DNA of 64,000 nt from Octopus bimaculoides (Eukaryota): NCBI RefSeq assembly GCF_001194135.2, contig NC_068983.1, positions 163,943,813 through 164,007,812 of the forward strand, in the 5' to 3' direction. The position numbers and the translations under genes were made by a program. This document shows positions 40,150-53,055 of this stretch, piece by piece. How positions within the stretch are numbered: the stretch's first letter is position 1; every line of letters begins with the position of its first letter. The notes under the pieces are model-generated. The model made no database searches. It saw nothing but the letters and a program-made list of their open reading frames with translations, and had not been told where the DNA came from.

Positions 40150-40880
40150 AGGGGAAAGCAAGCGGCCCTGCCGTATACAAGACTATATGTAAAGTAGGAA
40201 ACGAAATTTACGCACACATTCGCACACGACAAGGTAGCCCAAAACCTTCACTTGCTACTATGCCGGAAGTATTTGCTCTTGCCGGAAGTATTTGCTCTTG
40301 CCGGAAGTATGGATGCGAAGTTACGGGTACTTGATACCAACGTACACCGGAAAAGGTAACGCACGAAAACGGGAAGGCAAAGATCCTTTGTGACTTTGAC
40401 TTCCAGACGGACAAGGTGTTAGTGCACAGTAACTCGGATATAGTAACCTTTAGGAAGGACAAACAAGAGTTCCTAATGATCGACGCGGCAGTGCCTGGAG
40501 ATCAACATCTCATCATGAAAGAAAGAGAAGAGGTTGACAAATATGGAGAGCTGAGAATTGGGGTTGCCGAGATATGACAACTGCGAGAGCGAAACGTAAA
40601 GGTTGTCCCTGTAGTCATCGGAGCATTGGAATCGGAATATTGAAATACCACCCAACCTGAAAAAAATATCTGGACATTTTAGAAATACCCTACAATGATG
40701 GTGTATTGCAAAAGTCGGCTTTACTTGGATCTGCACGCGTACTGCGTAAAGTACTGTCTGTCTGAGGTACTTGTTGTGACTTGACAGACAATACAAACCC
40801 AAACCTCCGGTAGACACAATATCTTCAATCTACAACATCACAATATTGGATATGGTGCGACGTCTTCAATAAATAATAAT
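40150..40880 (+). mobile_element. 3' fragment of a third R4/Dong-like REL retrotransposon family
   Basis: Decayed RHDKVAQ...KILCDFDFQTDKVLVHSNSDIV...FLMIDAAVPGD...DKYGELR...VVPVVIGAL...LQKSALLGSARVLRKVLSV*. It ends in taataataat. Confidence 0.8.
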
Positions 40881-42260
40881 AATACTAATAAGAGTAATAC
40901 AAAAATAAGTGCAATAACGTTAGAAGAGAATTGAAAAGTGAGAGAAGTCTTCATTGCATAACTTCCTTGTTTTACTGCTTCGTCTGTTTTAGCTTTTTGT
41001 CAGTTTTCAATTCATTAAGTTACGCATGCGTGCATTTATATGCATGTGTGTAAACGTATGTGTAAGTTATTCTTGTTTTGCTTAATATAACCTATTGTAT
41101 TCTCCTGCTGCTTCTTAATCTCTATTATCTGCCTGTTCTTCATCATTTTTTTACTATTTCTTCTATTTTTAATCTCTTCTTTATAATTTCCAATTTAATG
41201 CTTTTAATTTGTCTTATCGAAAAACAGCTTTTCTCGTTGCATTAACTTAAAACTTTTTATAGAACTTCACCAATTGTCTACTTCATCGTATTTAACTCGC
41301 TACCTTACTTTAAACATTGCTATGATTGCTGAACATTAAAATTTCCCTCTTAATATAACTAGGTATCTCTAGCTTTCACACAAACATAAGCTTATATACA
41401 AACATATTTCGTGGATAATCCCTTGTACATAACTTATGACCATAATAAGCAACGAACATTATTATCTCTTAGTAAATTAACTTTCCCTATTGCTTAAAGC
41501 TGGCATTGAACTCGTACATTCCATTCTCAAAACCATGTTGTCTTCGATAAATACTTCTACTTAATGACTGACGTTTTAGTGTCTGAGAAATATTAACTCG
41601 AGTTTCTCTTTTATTCTAATTCATAAATTTCAAATAATGTCTGATAATGTCTCCATGCTATGAGACATTTTAAAGTCTTCTCCTTTCCATCATGAATTGT
41701 TATCATTTCGAGTTGTCTTCCTCCATTAATTCATATTCTAAACAATTTCATACAGCTCATTTCTTCTCAATGCTCACGGTCATATATTATAGCGCATATT
41801 TACATGCCTACCTTTTCGCTGTATGCCAATAATAAACACACGCACTGGTGTTATTTCACTTCTTGCATTATTTTTAGTCAATTGGTTAATCGGTTGACCA
41901 ATTAAATAATCACTTGTTTATCTTATTGAGCGATCAATCAAACCTGAAGTAGAGAGGGAATGCCATTGATGCTGTCGTCATCGACGCTATCTTTGACAAA
42001 CCTGGAGGATTGATTGGTCGACCAAGTGTTTAATTAAGCAATCGGTTAATTCGCTACATGATCAATCGACTAATAATTATAATAAAAGGTGTGAAACAGA
42101 AGCAGATCGTGTGTTTATTATCGGCATAATGACCCTCCCGAGTTGCAACAAATTATGTTTCAACACACACGTTCACATCAAGAATCTTGCAATCCAAATA
42201 CAAAAATATGAGATATCTGTCGATTTTTCTGCTGTAATGGATTCCTAACATAGGAAACAA

Positions 42261-42610
42261 TGGCACTCCGTTGGTTGCAACGACGACGGATCCAGTTGAT
42301 CCTGCACGTGAAATTAACGTGCAAGTGGTTGAGCACTCCACAGACACGTGTACACTTAACATAGTTCTCGGGGGAGATTCAGCGTGACACAGAGTGTAAC
42401 AATACAGGTACAACAGGAAGAAAGAGTGAGTGAAAGTTGTGGTGAAAGAGTACAGCAGCGTTCGCCACGACCCCCTGCCAAAGGATTGTGAAGCTTTAGG
42501 TGTTTTCGTTCAATGAACACTCACAACACCCGGTCTGGGAATAGAAACTGCGATCCTACGACCGCGAGTCCGCTGCCCTAACCACTGGGTCATTGGGCCA
42601 TTGCGCCTCC
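42261..42610 (-). mobile_element. SINE family B, inverted
   Basis: Reverse complement of 28461-28785, including the segment deleted in that copy. Confidence 0.85.
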
Positions 42611-42714
42611 GCATAGAAAACATTAAACTTATATTCAATAACACATAATTCTAGCAATGAATATGTTTTTAGTTTTCTTTAATTGTTTTAACTAATTTGA
42701 AATAATTCCACGTT

Positions 42715-43627
42715 AACAAACTGGCAGAATCGTTAGCTAAGTTCTGAGTTCAAATTCAGCCGTGGTCGACTTTGCCTTTCGTGTCGATAAAACAAACACC
42801 AGTTGCATGCTAAAGTCGACGTAATCGACGTACCCACTTCCTTTAGATTGCAGGTCTTGTGCCAAAATCTGAAACCAACATACAAGAATTCCTGTATTTA
42901 CATTCTCCAATATCCAGCCTGGCTTTATAAACTGGTTTCCCTATGAGATACAAACTTCTCTTTTCATTTTCTTCTTAACTTAAAACAATCTCCGGTCTTA
43001 AACTCTTTCAAACATTCTACGTAAATGCAAATTCCTTTCTTTGCTCAATACCTCATACAGAAATAATTTAATATACAAATCCCTAGCGTTTCCTAATTCT
43101 TCTTTAAGGATTTTTTTCTTAGATTTTAGAAACAACTAAATCGTAGGAAAACGGTTTTTACGACGATTCCCATGCTACGCAAAATTCCGCTTCTTGTTTC
43201 TTTCTATTTTCTCGCTATTAATGCAATTCTGCGTAGTTCCCAACAAATCATTTGTTTATGCATGTATGTGTAAGTGTGTGTGTTTATGCATGCATGCTAT
43301 GTGTGTGTGAACGGGTTTAGTAAATTGCAAAAGTGACTAATGCGTACATAGACACACCAACATCATATTCCTTGATACAGGAATGCTATTTAACGCCTAC
43401 ATAAATGACAGTGTGACACACACACACACACACTGACCTCTGAAATCTACAAGTTGTTTTTCATTCTTTCTCTGTTTATTTTCTCTTATTATTTTCTGTC
43501 GAAGAGCGCAGGCTCGAATCGAAACGTAAAAGAGATTTTTTCATTTTCCCAACCGTCAAACTAATACACCTGCTTTTTGTTCATACACCTTTCTTCGTCT
43601 TTTGTTTTTCTATAAATTTCAACTATG

Positions 43628-43698
<71 letters not shown>

Positions 43699-43716
43699 AC
43701 ATACATACATATATAC

Positions 43717-43762
<46 letters not shown>

Positions 43763-44400
43763 GCTCACACACACACATGTAATATCTCCTACTTTTTATT
43801 TTTTACTTGTTTCAGTCATTAGAATATAGCAATGCTGGGGCACCACCTTGAAGAATTTAAATATATATATACATATATATATATATATCTTACACTATTC
43901 ACTATATCTCTCTCTCTCACTCCCCATCTTTCTTTCTCACACTCTTTCAATCTCACCTTTTCTCCCTTCGCCCCTTCATTTCTTTACTTTCCCTCTCCTT
44001 CTGTCTACCACCCACATTATGATCCAGATTGTATCTCCCCTATCCTTCCATCTCACTTTCCAAATATTTATTTTGCAATAAAACACTTACTGCGGAGAGA
44101 CGATTTGAACACCCTGTATCTTGAATCCCGTTGTCACATTAACAAGGATCTGTGTGTGTTGGAATTTGTCAATATCTATCCCCAGTAAGGTGGCGAGATG
44201 GCAGAACCGTTACCACGGAGGACAAAGTGCTTAACAGCATTTCTTCCGACTTTACGTTCTGAGTTCAAATGCTTCGGGTGTCGGCTCGGCCTTTTTGTGG
44301 GGCGAGGGAGGGGGGCGATGAAATTGACTTACATCCACCCCCTGAAATTGCTGGCCTTGAGCCAAAATTTGAAGCGAACACCTATCCCCAGTACTTGATT
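42715..44400 (+). mobile_element. Two further SINE family A copies (~42715-42880 and ~44187-44400)
   Basis: ctggcagaatcgttagc...gagttcaaattcagccgtggtcgactttgcctttc; aaggtggcgagatggcagaaccgtt...gagttcaaatgc. Confidence 0.7.
43440..43625 (+). mobile_element. Probable Penelope-like element terminal-repeat remnant with disrupted hammerhead-like motif
   Basis: 43492-43533 reads TTTT CTGTCGA A GAGC GCAG GCTC [GAATC insertion] GAAAC GTA AAAG. It is the same family as 31250-31430 and abuts (CA)n/(TA)n. Confidence 0.5.
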
Positions 44401-45740
44401 AGTAATTACTACAATTATTATTATTTTTTTACTGCCCCGAAATAATGAGAGACAAATTTGACATCGACAAGATTTGAATTAAGAACATAAGCAGCCGTGA
44501 CTAAATACCAATGCTCTAACGAAACTGCCAAACCATCGCTCTTGTGCCGTACTAAATAATGTGAAATACATTAGTCTGGCACCATTCAGTTTCTACTTAG
44601 AATTATGACATGTAGACGGAAAAGAGGAAATTATGACATACAGAAAGAGAAAAAACAACAAAAAATTCATTAAGTTTATTATGTTTCCGCTTCCTTGACC
44701 TCGATATCATTTTTATTCTTATTCCTTATCTTTTTTTTTCTTTATCATTTTATTTGTTTGCATTCTGTTCTCAAATATTTAAATAACTAATTCTGTCTAA
44801 GGGATATTTGTTCTTATTCGGTCGGGATGACTGGATAAGTTTGGCGTTATCTTTTCGAATTCTGGTGAGTGAATAAATAGTGGAAAGACACGTGAGTAGA
44901 GATTCTTCCAGACGGAGACATTTCTAAAAGGGAGAAAGGCTAGAGAAAATAGCCAGGTGTGAACTTAGGTAAGACTAAGAAAGGAATAAATGAAAGTTTG
45001 ATATGGTCAGAGGAACTGAAGTTGAATGCAATTAAGGTTTAAACTGCATACATAAGTAAGAAATTAATACATACATTTGTGTGTATGTGTAAACGATCTT
45101 GTTAAATGGAGAGTTCGGTGCAGTTTCAATCCCGAATTGAAGCCAATATTAATTTTGATTTTATTAATTAATATTAATTTTTCTACTATTCTTTCAAATA
45201 CTATTTAGATCTTTGTGTCTATTTGAATGACTTTACAATAGAAGCCTTCTACCGATAAACTTGCCAGCCACACATCCTTTATATTTTGATACCAGCTTTT
45301 AATTTTTTCTGTACAGCCGCATGTTCAGGCCTTAAAAAGATTCCCAAAGGAATTTTTTTTCCATATAGTCAAAGAAATTTGCTTTTACTCCAGTAAAACC
45401 TAACAGAATTCTTTAAACTCATTGGTATAAACGATATTGATAATTAGAAACCTCTAAAATCTCAAGTAACCATTAGCAACCGAGAAAACGACCAAAGGAA
45501 AGAAGGTTAACAAGGATTTGATGCTAAGGATTTATCGCACCATTATCGAAACACAAACCTTTTGATGACACGATACATCTAGAAATGAAATATAAAGTTT
45601 CTGTTTTACGAGTTTTAATTTTTGTTAGCATCATTCAATGCTTCATTAAAAATAATCAATGTCTATATCCCGGAAAGACCGACTTTCCAAACTTTTAAAC
45701 GTTTATATTTAAAGTAAATGTACAATTCCTTTAATTTCAG

Positions 45741-45959
45741 CTCAAAATTGTGAAGATGATTTGGACTGCCGCAGCGGACGTGTTTGTAAAAGTTCTACTT
45801 GTGTGTGTGCCGACGAAGATTATTGTTGGGGTCTCAGTAAACCAGTATGTGGCTCCGATGGTACCCTGTACCCAAGCCATTGTGAATTGCATCGGGTCGC
45901 TTGCGTTATCGAGAAGCATATCAAAGTTGATCCAAAAGGAACTTGTCTTCATGGCATCC
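45741..45959 (+). CDS. Coding exon for a follistatin-N-like Cys motif plus Kazal domain (FSTL1/4/5-like)
   Basis: Acceptor cctttaatttcag ends at 45740 and donor C|gtaagt is at 45959/45960. The exon is 219 nt and symmetric (phase 1-1). Translation: (A)QNCEDDLDCRSGRVCKSSTCVCADEDYCWGLSKPVCGSDGTLYPSHCELHRVACVIEKHIKVDPKGTCLHGI. The PVCGSDG..Y..HCELHR.AC motif is characteristic of follistatin-related proteins. Confidence 0.92.
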
Positions 45960-45989
45960 GTAAGTATTTATATGTATTATATATATAGT

Positions 45990-46250
45990 GGAGGCACATG
46001 GCCTAACGGTTAGAGCAGCGGACTCGCGGTCGAGGGATCGCGAGTTCGAATCTCAGACAGGGTGATGTGTGTGTTTATGACCGAAACACCTAAGCTCTAC
46101 GCGGCTCCGGCAGAAGGTAATGGCGAACTTCTGCTGACTCTTTCTTCACTACTTTCTCTCACTCTTTCCTCCTGTATCTAGCAACTCACCTGCGACGGAC
46201 CGGCGTCCCATCCAGGTAGGGAACCTATAAGCCAATGAAACCGGGAAACA
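45990..46250 (+). mobile_element. SINE family B-related copy with a different tail
   Basis: ggaggcacatggcctaacggttagagcagcggactcgcggtcgagggatcgcgagttcgaatctcag. It begins ~30 nt after the Kazal exon donor. Confidence 0.8.
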
Positions 46251-47661
46251 ACAACATATATATCTATAATATAACATAATATGATATTATTGTATGCCTT
46301 TATATATAATCACGAGTCGTTTTATTCAGGAATTATAAAATGGATACTTAAACACTTCTGTATTTTATTCCTTGCCAATAGCAGCAATTTCTTTGAATCC
46401 AAACCTGAAGTCATTTTATCCTTTCAAAAAACCTTAACATTCCTTCTTCTAATTACCGCGCTCCCTCCATACTTCGATTTCTGGACATTTATTTATTGCC
46501 AGGTGCAAAAACACTATTTTACTGGCGACACTGTTTTTGCTCAGTAAATACGTACAAGCACGTATATGAACCTTGTTTGCTAACATTTAAGTCTTTGTTT
46601 ACAATTTAATACATTAATATATGTTTCATGAATTAGCCAGCTTTTTAGAATTATTGCTCTACATCTAACACCGCAAATACTAGCAGCGAAGTAATCAACC
46701 ACTACAACTCCCTTGAAATTACGAACTTTGTACATAAATTATACATAATTATTTCAATTAAAAACATGAGAATGTTTGTCTTTCATACGCGCTGTTTCCT
46801 CAAATATAACCGGTATATATTTCCTTATTAAACATTTTCATAACCACTTGTGAGGGAAGTAGTTATGTAACAAACCCCAGCTGCCATCACTCTCGAGCGA
46901 GTATGGCTTGCTAATGTGTACCATGCTTTTGTTAATTGCTGTAGGCGCCTGTATAGTTGCGAGCAAAGGTACGCTTTCGGTCCATTTACCTTTGTCCTAT
47001 CGAAACATTAGGTATATGGCAGCTAGAAGGAAAGATTCTTTCTATCAGCAGCAGGCGAGTACTCAGTACAGGTGATTAAGCTAAAGTAACACAAAGTGAA
47101 GTGTCTTGCTCAAAGACACCACGCATTACTATATCCAAGGAGTGAACCCATGGTCTTATGATCTTCTGGCATCACACTCTAACCACTATGCCACCATTAA
47201 GAGGACTGGGAAATGTTTTTATGTGACAAATATTCAACGCCTTTAAAATAATCTCAAATAGCTAAGAAAGGATTATTGAAAGCCAGCTCGATTTAGTCTT
47301 AGAAGTAGATTTATTGGTTTCATTTCATATAAGAACACACATACGTCCACACTGTCTCACATGCACGCTTACAGCCAGATCTCTCTCTCTCTCTCTCTCT
47401 CTCATTCTCTCTCTCTCTCATTCTCTCTCTCTCTCTCATTCTCTCTCTCTATCTATCTATCTNNNNNNNNNNNNNNNNNNNNNNNNNNNNNNNNNNNNNN
47501 NNNNNNNNNNNNNNNNNNNNNNNNNNNNNNNNNNNNNNNNNNNNNNNNNNNNNNNNNNNNNNNNNNNNNNNNNNNNNNNNNNNNNNNNNNNNNNNNNNNN
47601 NNNNNNNNNNNNNNNNNNNNNNNNNNNNNNNNNNNNNNNNNNNNNNNNNNNNNNNNNNNNN

Positions 47662-47692
<31 letters not shown>

Positions 47693-50614
47693 TGATCGAT
47701 CAATCGATGTGTGTTGTGTCCTTGAGCAAGTCATTCCATTTCATGTTGCTCCAGTCTCCTCGAAATGATTAGTATCCTAGTGCTGATGCAGCTCTGTCTC
47801 AATGATAAACGTGAGTTGAGAGGATGTCTGTCTGCTCACGACTACGTAGACACGAAAAACACCCAACGAGAGTGCAGCACTAGGTCCCATCATGCAACGC
47901 ATACGCTGTTACCAGTGGCATTAAGCTTAATTCTCGTCATGTCAGTGCAACTAACAAAACTGACCAACTCAATTGTTTTATCGGACAGTTTGTTGATTGC
48001 GTAATAATTCCTTGAGCTGTTCAAAATCTTTCCATAATTGTTTACAATCGACATGGTTTTTCTTTTTTTTTTGTGATAAAATCTACGCTAGTGGGAACAT
48101 ATGAATTGGCACCAGACATTTCTAGTTTGTCGAAACGACAGGAGCAATATTAGCAATGGAAACATTGTAGCCGAAAGGCTTGTGTTGAGGAAGTTAATGT
48201 ACGATTAGTTTCTGGTTCTGTGTGAAGTTGAGCACAGGAAAAGGTATTTAGATAAGAATATGAATACAATAAATTCAATGATTTCTCAAATTTATCCAAG
48301 TGTACAGGCATTGACAGTTTTTTCAGCCTCACTTGATCTTCCGCTGCAATATCTTGCACCACTTCACTCACTCATGAAACATGGCCGACGTGGATTTATT
48401 GAAAGACATCATCTTCTCAAATAAGACTTACATTTGCTCGAAACTTTACTTCAATTTATTTTGTAACAAACTGACGAAATAATCACTCGGAAATATCATA
48501 TACAATTTGTCACATCCTATCAAGCGGACAATGTACACAAAATAAATTTACTTTTTCAGATTTTCCAACAAAGATATCAAAAAGCCAGGTTTTGTTGTAC
48601 TTATGCCTTATGTTAATCTATCGATACCGTCGAAAATAAACGACCGCTCCTCGTTCACTCTAGGCAGTCTTCACTGCCAACCACCACCATATTAGGCGAA
48701 TGGTTTTATCTTTAGTTTACACATTTTTATCTGATCTGCTAGAAACATCAGCTAAATCACGCTTTACAGTCTTAAAAATCAATCATTAGATAATGTGGTA
48801 GAAAAGGTGTTGCCGGGTACAAGAAAAGAGGGGATGGTTACGGGGAAAACACTTATTAACATATTTAAACATAGGTCAACTCGATGTGTGCAGCTCTGAA
48901 CCTAAATAACAACAGTGGGTTTTACCTGTCATCCATGATTTACTTCCAACGATTTTACACATAACTAAAGCATCTAAATATATATTCTCGGTGACAGCAA
49001 TATATATTCACGGAGTTTTTACTTCATTAAGTATTAAGCATTAAAGTAATTACTTTCCGGACACTAACCACGATATGACATTCCTTTAAAGAGGCTATTT
49101 CCAGATTAAGAACAGTGCTTACGTGGTTATATGTATCTAACTATACACGTATGTATGTATCTACCCATATTTGTATGTATGGAAAATCCAGCTAATACAT
49201 ATTACACACTTCTTTTAAAGTGAAATTTCCCCAAATATTATTGAGAAGACCTTTGTTTCACCTTTATTTGAAACATCATTGCTAATAAAAAGGCTTAACG
49301 ATAACTCTGTCTGACGACGATAAAATATTTTCATTCGTAGCCTAGGTTTAGTTTTTTCTCCGTGTCACACTCTTCGCAATCAATGACTCATTGTATATTT
49401 CTATGTTAACTCTTGAAGAACCAAATCAGTACTGCTGTATGATTGAGAATGTTTCACAGCGTAATATACTTTGCACGGGGCCTGCAGCTAAAACTGTTCA
49501 CCCTGAGGAGAACTGAGGAGAAAACAAAAATAATAAAATGACGACGAAGTAGACGTTCTTGCCATGCAGGCGTTAACTTAAGGTTCATCTGTGTGAGCAT
49601 GTCATTCAACTGTACGTTTGGCTTCAGAACCACTTTCGATCTTACAAGGGTAGCAGAGTGCATAGAATACATTAAAAAAAATATCGTTTCTGCTTGTGCC
49701 AATAAATCAATCAATACAAATTCTTTGACCCATTCAAGTTTAAATAATCTTTTTTTTTTTTTCCTTGGCATCTCTTCAGAAACTTGTAACAAGAAAAGAG
49801 TATCAGCCACTCTTCATGGTGGCCTTGGAAATTTCGACTGNNNNNNNNNNNNNNNNNNNNNNNNNNNNNNNCACACACACACACACACACACACACACAA
49901 GCACACAAGCATATCATCACATTTTAAATATTTTTTTATAAAATAACTTTTTAGAGCTACAGCTTCCACGAAAGGCGCCGGATCCATTGTCGAACCTCGT
50001 TTTGATATTATACACAAAGTCGGTAACATTCTGGCAGAAGTTGATGTGAGGCCTTTTGAAAGTCCAAAACGGGATAAATTAGCATCTAGCATCTAGCCTA
50101 AAGCCGAATATCTGACCACTCTACAACCATTTGAGACGAAAATTTGTCTAGTATCAATTAACCACTGGTGGTTTAGCTTTGACTCAAGTGACACACAATA
50201 AGGTCGAAACGGCGTTGTGTCTTAAATTCCCCTTACATCAATGAATCGCTTGTGTTATGAAGACGCATAGTCTAAAAGGAGGAGGTGTTCTCTGTTTAGA
50301 AAAACAACACCGATCAGATATTCATATTCAAGTCTGTGAGAACTTATTAAGAATAAATAAATATTGTTTGGACGCTCGCTATTCTGCCTGCATCCCCATG
50401 ATTTATTAGAATAAATATTTATTGTTTTCACTGTTCTAAATGCACCCCACGAATTATTTGAATATAGATTTATTGTCTTAGCAAATTAAGATATTCACTT
50501 GTGAGATCGTATTTCTAAATGATGATTATATTTCTTGTATGAACAAGATATTTAATCACGTTTTCTAGAATTTAAGTAATTCTATAATATTTGGAATGGT
50601 TTATCATATTTGAT

Positions 50615-51030
50615 AAGGTGGCGAGCTGGCAGAAACGTTAGCACGCCGGGCGAAATGCTTAGGGGTATTTCGTCTGTCTTTACGTTTTGAGTTCAAATTC
50701 CGCCGGGATCGACTTTACCTTTCATCCTTTCGGGGTCGATAAATGAAGTACCAGTTACGCACTGGGGTCGATGTAATCGACTTAATCCCCTTGTTTATCC
50801 CCTCTATGTTTAGCCCCTTGTGGGCAATAAAGAAATAAGAAACGTTAGCACGCTGGGTGAAATGCTTAGCGGTGTCTTTACGTTCCGAGTTCAAATTCCG
50901 CCGAGGTCGACTTTGCCTTTCATCCTTTCGGAGTCGATAAATTAAGTACCAGTTGCGTACTGGGGTTGATCTAATCGACTGGTCTCTTCCCCCAAAATTT
51001 CGGACCTTGTGCCTAGAGTAGAAAAGATTA
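50615..51030 (+). mobile_element. tRNA-derived SINE family A, two tandem units
   Basis: Head ggcgagctggcagaaacgttagcacgccgggcgaaatgc, B-box gagttcaaattcc, central gcctttcatcctttcggggtcgataaattaagtaccag. The unit restarts at ~50840. Confidence 0.85.
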
Positions 51031-51039
51031 TTATATTTG

Positions 51040-51246
51040 TTTCAAATTTTTGCAAGTTCGGAGAAGGGGTTAAATCGAATAAACGAACCCCAATTCTCAG
51101 CTGATACATATTTTATCGACCCCGAAAGGCTGAAAGACAAAGTCAACGTCAACGTCGACGGAATTTGAACTCAGAATGTAAGAACGGACGAAATGCCCTG
51201 AAGCATTTTGCGCAACGTCTTAATGATTCTGCCAGCTCACCACCTT
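51040..51246 (-). mobile_element. SINE family A, inverted copy
   Basis: Reverse complement of the family A head and body (ggaatttgaactcagaa...gattctgccagctcaccacctt). Confidence 0.8.
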
Positions 51247-51812
51247 AACGGATTATTATATTAGATAATCAAACTCTTTAACTTTGGGTGTGTAATTACT
51301 CTAAATGAACAACTTACAAATAGTAATGGACAATAACTATAAAAACGAACGAAAACGGCCAACACCCTCAACAGGAAATCTTGATATTTTCTTCCAAGTG
51401 GAAAATATATAATTTATCAGCAAATTACGGTATTTCATGCTTTTTGTTTCAATCAAATATGGAAACAATATCTCTCACTTCAATGGCAGCGTTTAGGATT
51501 TGTGATGGAGTGAAAGATTCAATAACAGAGGAGTCCCAAATAAGGTTCTTTTCTCTATCCCAAGAGCAAAGGGTAAACCCATTTTGTTTCTTCTTATCGT
51601 TCTTGGTCTGTTGAATCTTGAAAAATATTCACCTTAAATTCCATCGTCTTAAAGCCATTTAACATGAGTTACTTGAGCAAATTATACACAAAGGCCCTTT
51701 ATCTTTTATCTATATTCTTGCAGGGTATCAAGTATAGGATTACTTCACAGATTGAAAAATTATTTACATTATTTACATTCGACGGATATTTATCCTCATC
51801 TTGTTTGTTGTT

Positions 51813-51858
51813 AACACAATGTTTCGGCTGATATACCCTCCAGCCTTCATCAGGTGTC
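51813..51858 (-). ncRNA. Minimal hammerhead motif, stem III mutated
   Basis: Minus strand reads GACAC CTGATGA A GGCTG gagggtatat CAGCC GAAAC AT T GTGTT. Stem II is perfect, with a G>A change at the CpG of stem III. Confidence 0.6.
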
Positions 51859-52050
51859 TTGGAGAAATTTTGAACCTGGGTTCTCATTCCTATGCCCACG
51901 GGTATATGGCCTAGTGGTTAAGAGCGCGGGCTACTAACCCCAACATTCCGAGTTCGATTCCAGGCAGTGACCTGAATAATAATAATAATAATAATAATAA
52001 ACATCGAAAAATACCTTAGGAATGAGAACCCAGGTTCGAAATTTCCCCGA

Positions 52051-52096
52051 GACACCTGATGAAAGCTAGAGGGTATATCAGCCGAAACGTTGTGTT
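52051..52096 (+). ncRNA. Minimal type I hammerhead ribozyme motif (Penelope-type), stem II weakened in this copy
   Basis: GACAC CTGATGA A AGCTA gagggtatat CAGCC GAAAC GT T GTGTT. Stem I is GACAC/GTGTT, the core is CUGAUGA...GAAA, and stem III is the loopless palindrome AC|GU. Confidence 0.65.
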
Positions 52097-52612
52097 AACA
52101 ACAAACAAGATGAGGACAAGTATCCGTCATATGTAAATAATGTACATAATTCCTCATCTCTTAAATATAGAACCAAATTGAAAAATGTTCTTGTCTGTAA
52201 AGAATGGTTAGATATCATTCTTAATGGTAATCGTTCAAAGTAAATATTTCTTACTTAATAAATCTAAAAAAAAATCAAAAAAAAAACCACACATTTGCTT
52301 TGTTTAAAATCGCCATGCAAGATTATTAAAATTAGAACTCATTATCTTATAATTAATAATTCAAACACTCAATCATCACATTTCTGCGGTATTTGGCTAA
52401 TTCAGACTGGCTTTAATTCTTGGTTCACCTACACTTGATCCACACCACTGATTCTGCAAATAACCAATGTAATGTGATTCACCCGACTGTAAATTTGACA
52501 ATTTAGTTAATAACCGATATGTTCTGAACTAGAATTATTATATTTCTCTCCTTTCTTTGATACCTTCTGTTGATTGGAGGCATATCTGAATTATATACTT
52601 ATCTTTGTAGAT

Positions 52613-53055
52613 AGGTGGAGAGCTGGCAGAATCGTTAGCACGCCGGGCGAAATGCTTAGCGATATTTCGTCTGCCGTTACGGTCTGAGTTCAAATTCCGC
52701 CGGGGTCGATTAAATAAATACCAGTTAAGCACTGGAACGATGTAATTGACTTAATCCCTTTGTCTGTCCTTGTTTGTCCCCTCTATGTTTATCCCCTTAT
52801 GGGCAATAAAGAAATATATATTTATCCTTTGGAGATAAGGTGGAGAGCTGGCAGAATTTTTAGCACAACAAGCGAAATGCTTCGTGGAATTTCATCCGTC
52901 TTTACATTCTGAGTTCAAATTCTGCTGTTGTCAGCTTTGCCTTTCATACTTTCGGGGTCAATGAAATAAGTATTTGTTGAATACTGGGGTCTCTATGATC
53001 GACTCACCCCTTCCCACAAAACGTCAGGCCGTGTGCCTGTAGCAGAAAGGATTAT
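52613..53055 (+). mobile_element. Two consecutive SINE family A copies (~52613-52815 and ~52836-53055)
   Basis: Both start ggtggagagctggcagaat. The second already shows many CpG>TpG/CpA changes. Confidence 0.8.

Larger units (their letters stand above)
51761..52176. mobile_element. Palindromic dimer element 1: tRNA-like head + (TAA)n + hammerhead motif + stem-loop tail; left arm internally deleted
   Basis: Arms diverge from the centre TATGCCC-AC-GGG(T)ATA at 51891-51906. A 10-bp direct repeat attgaaaaat at 51751-51760 and 52177-52186 flanks the whole unit. Confidence 0.8.

Noticed and set aside
51900-51975. tRNA genes (also SINE heads at 28461, 45990, 62885)
   Set aside because: A and B boxes are present, but there is no proper acceptor stem and each continues into a shared repeat body; these are SINE-type heads.
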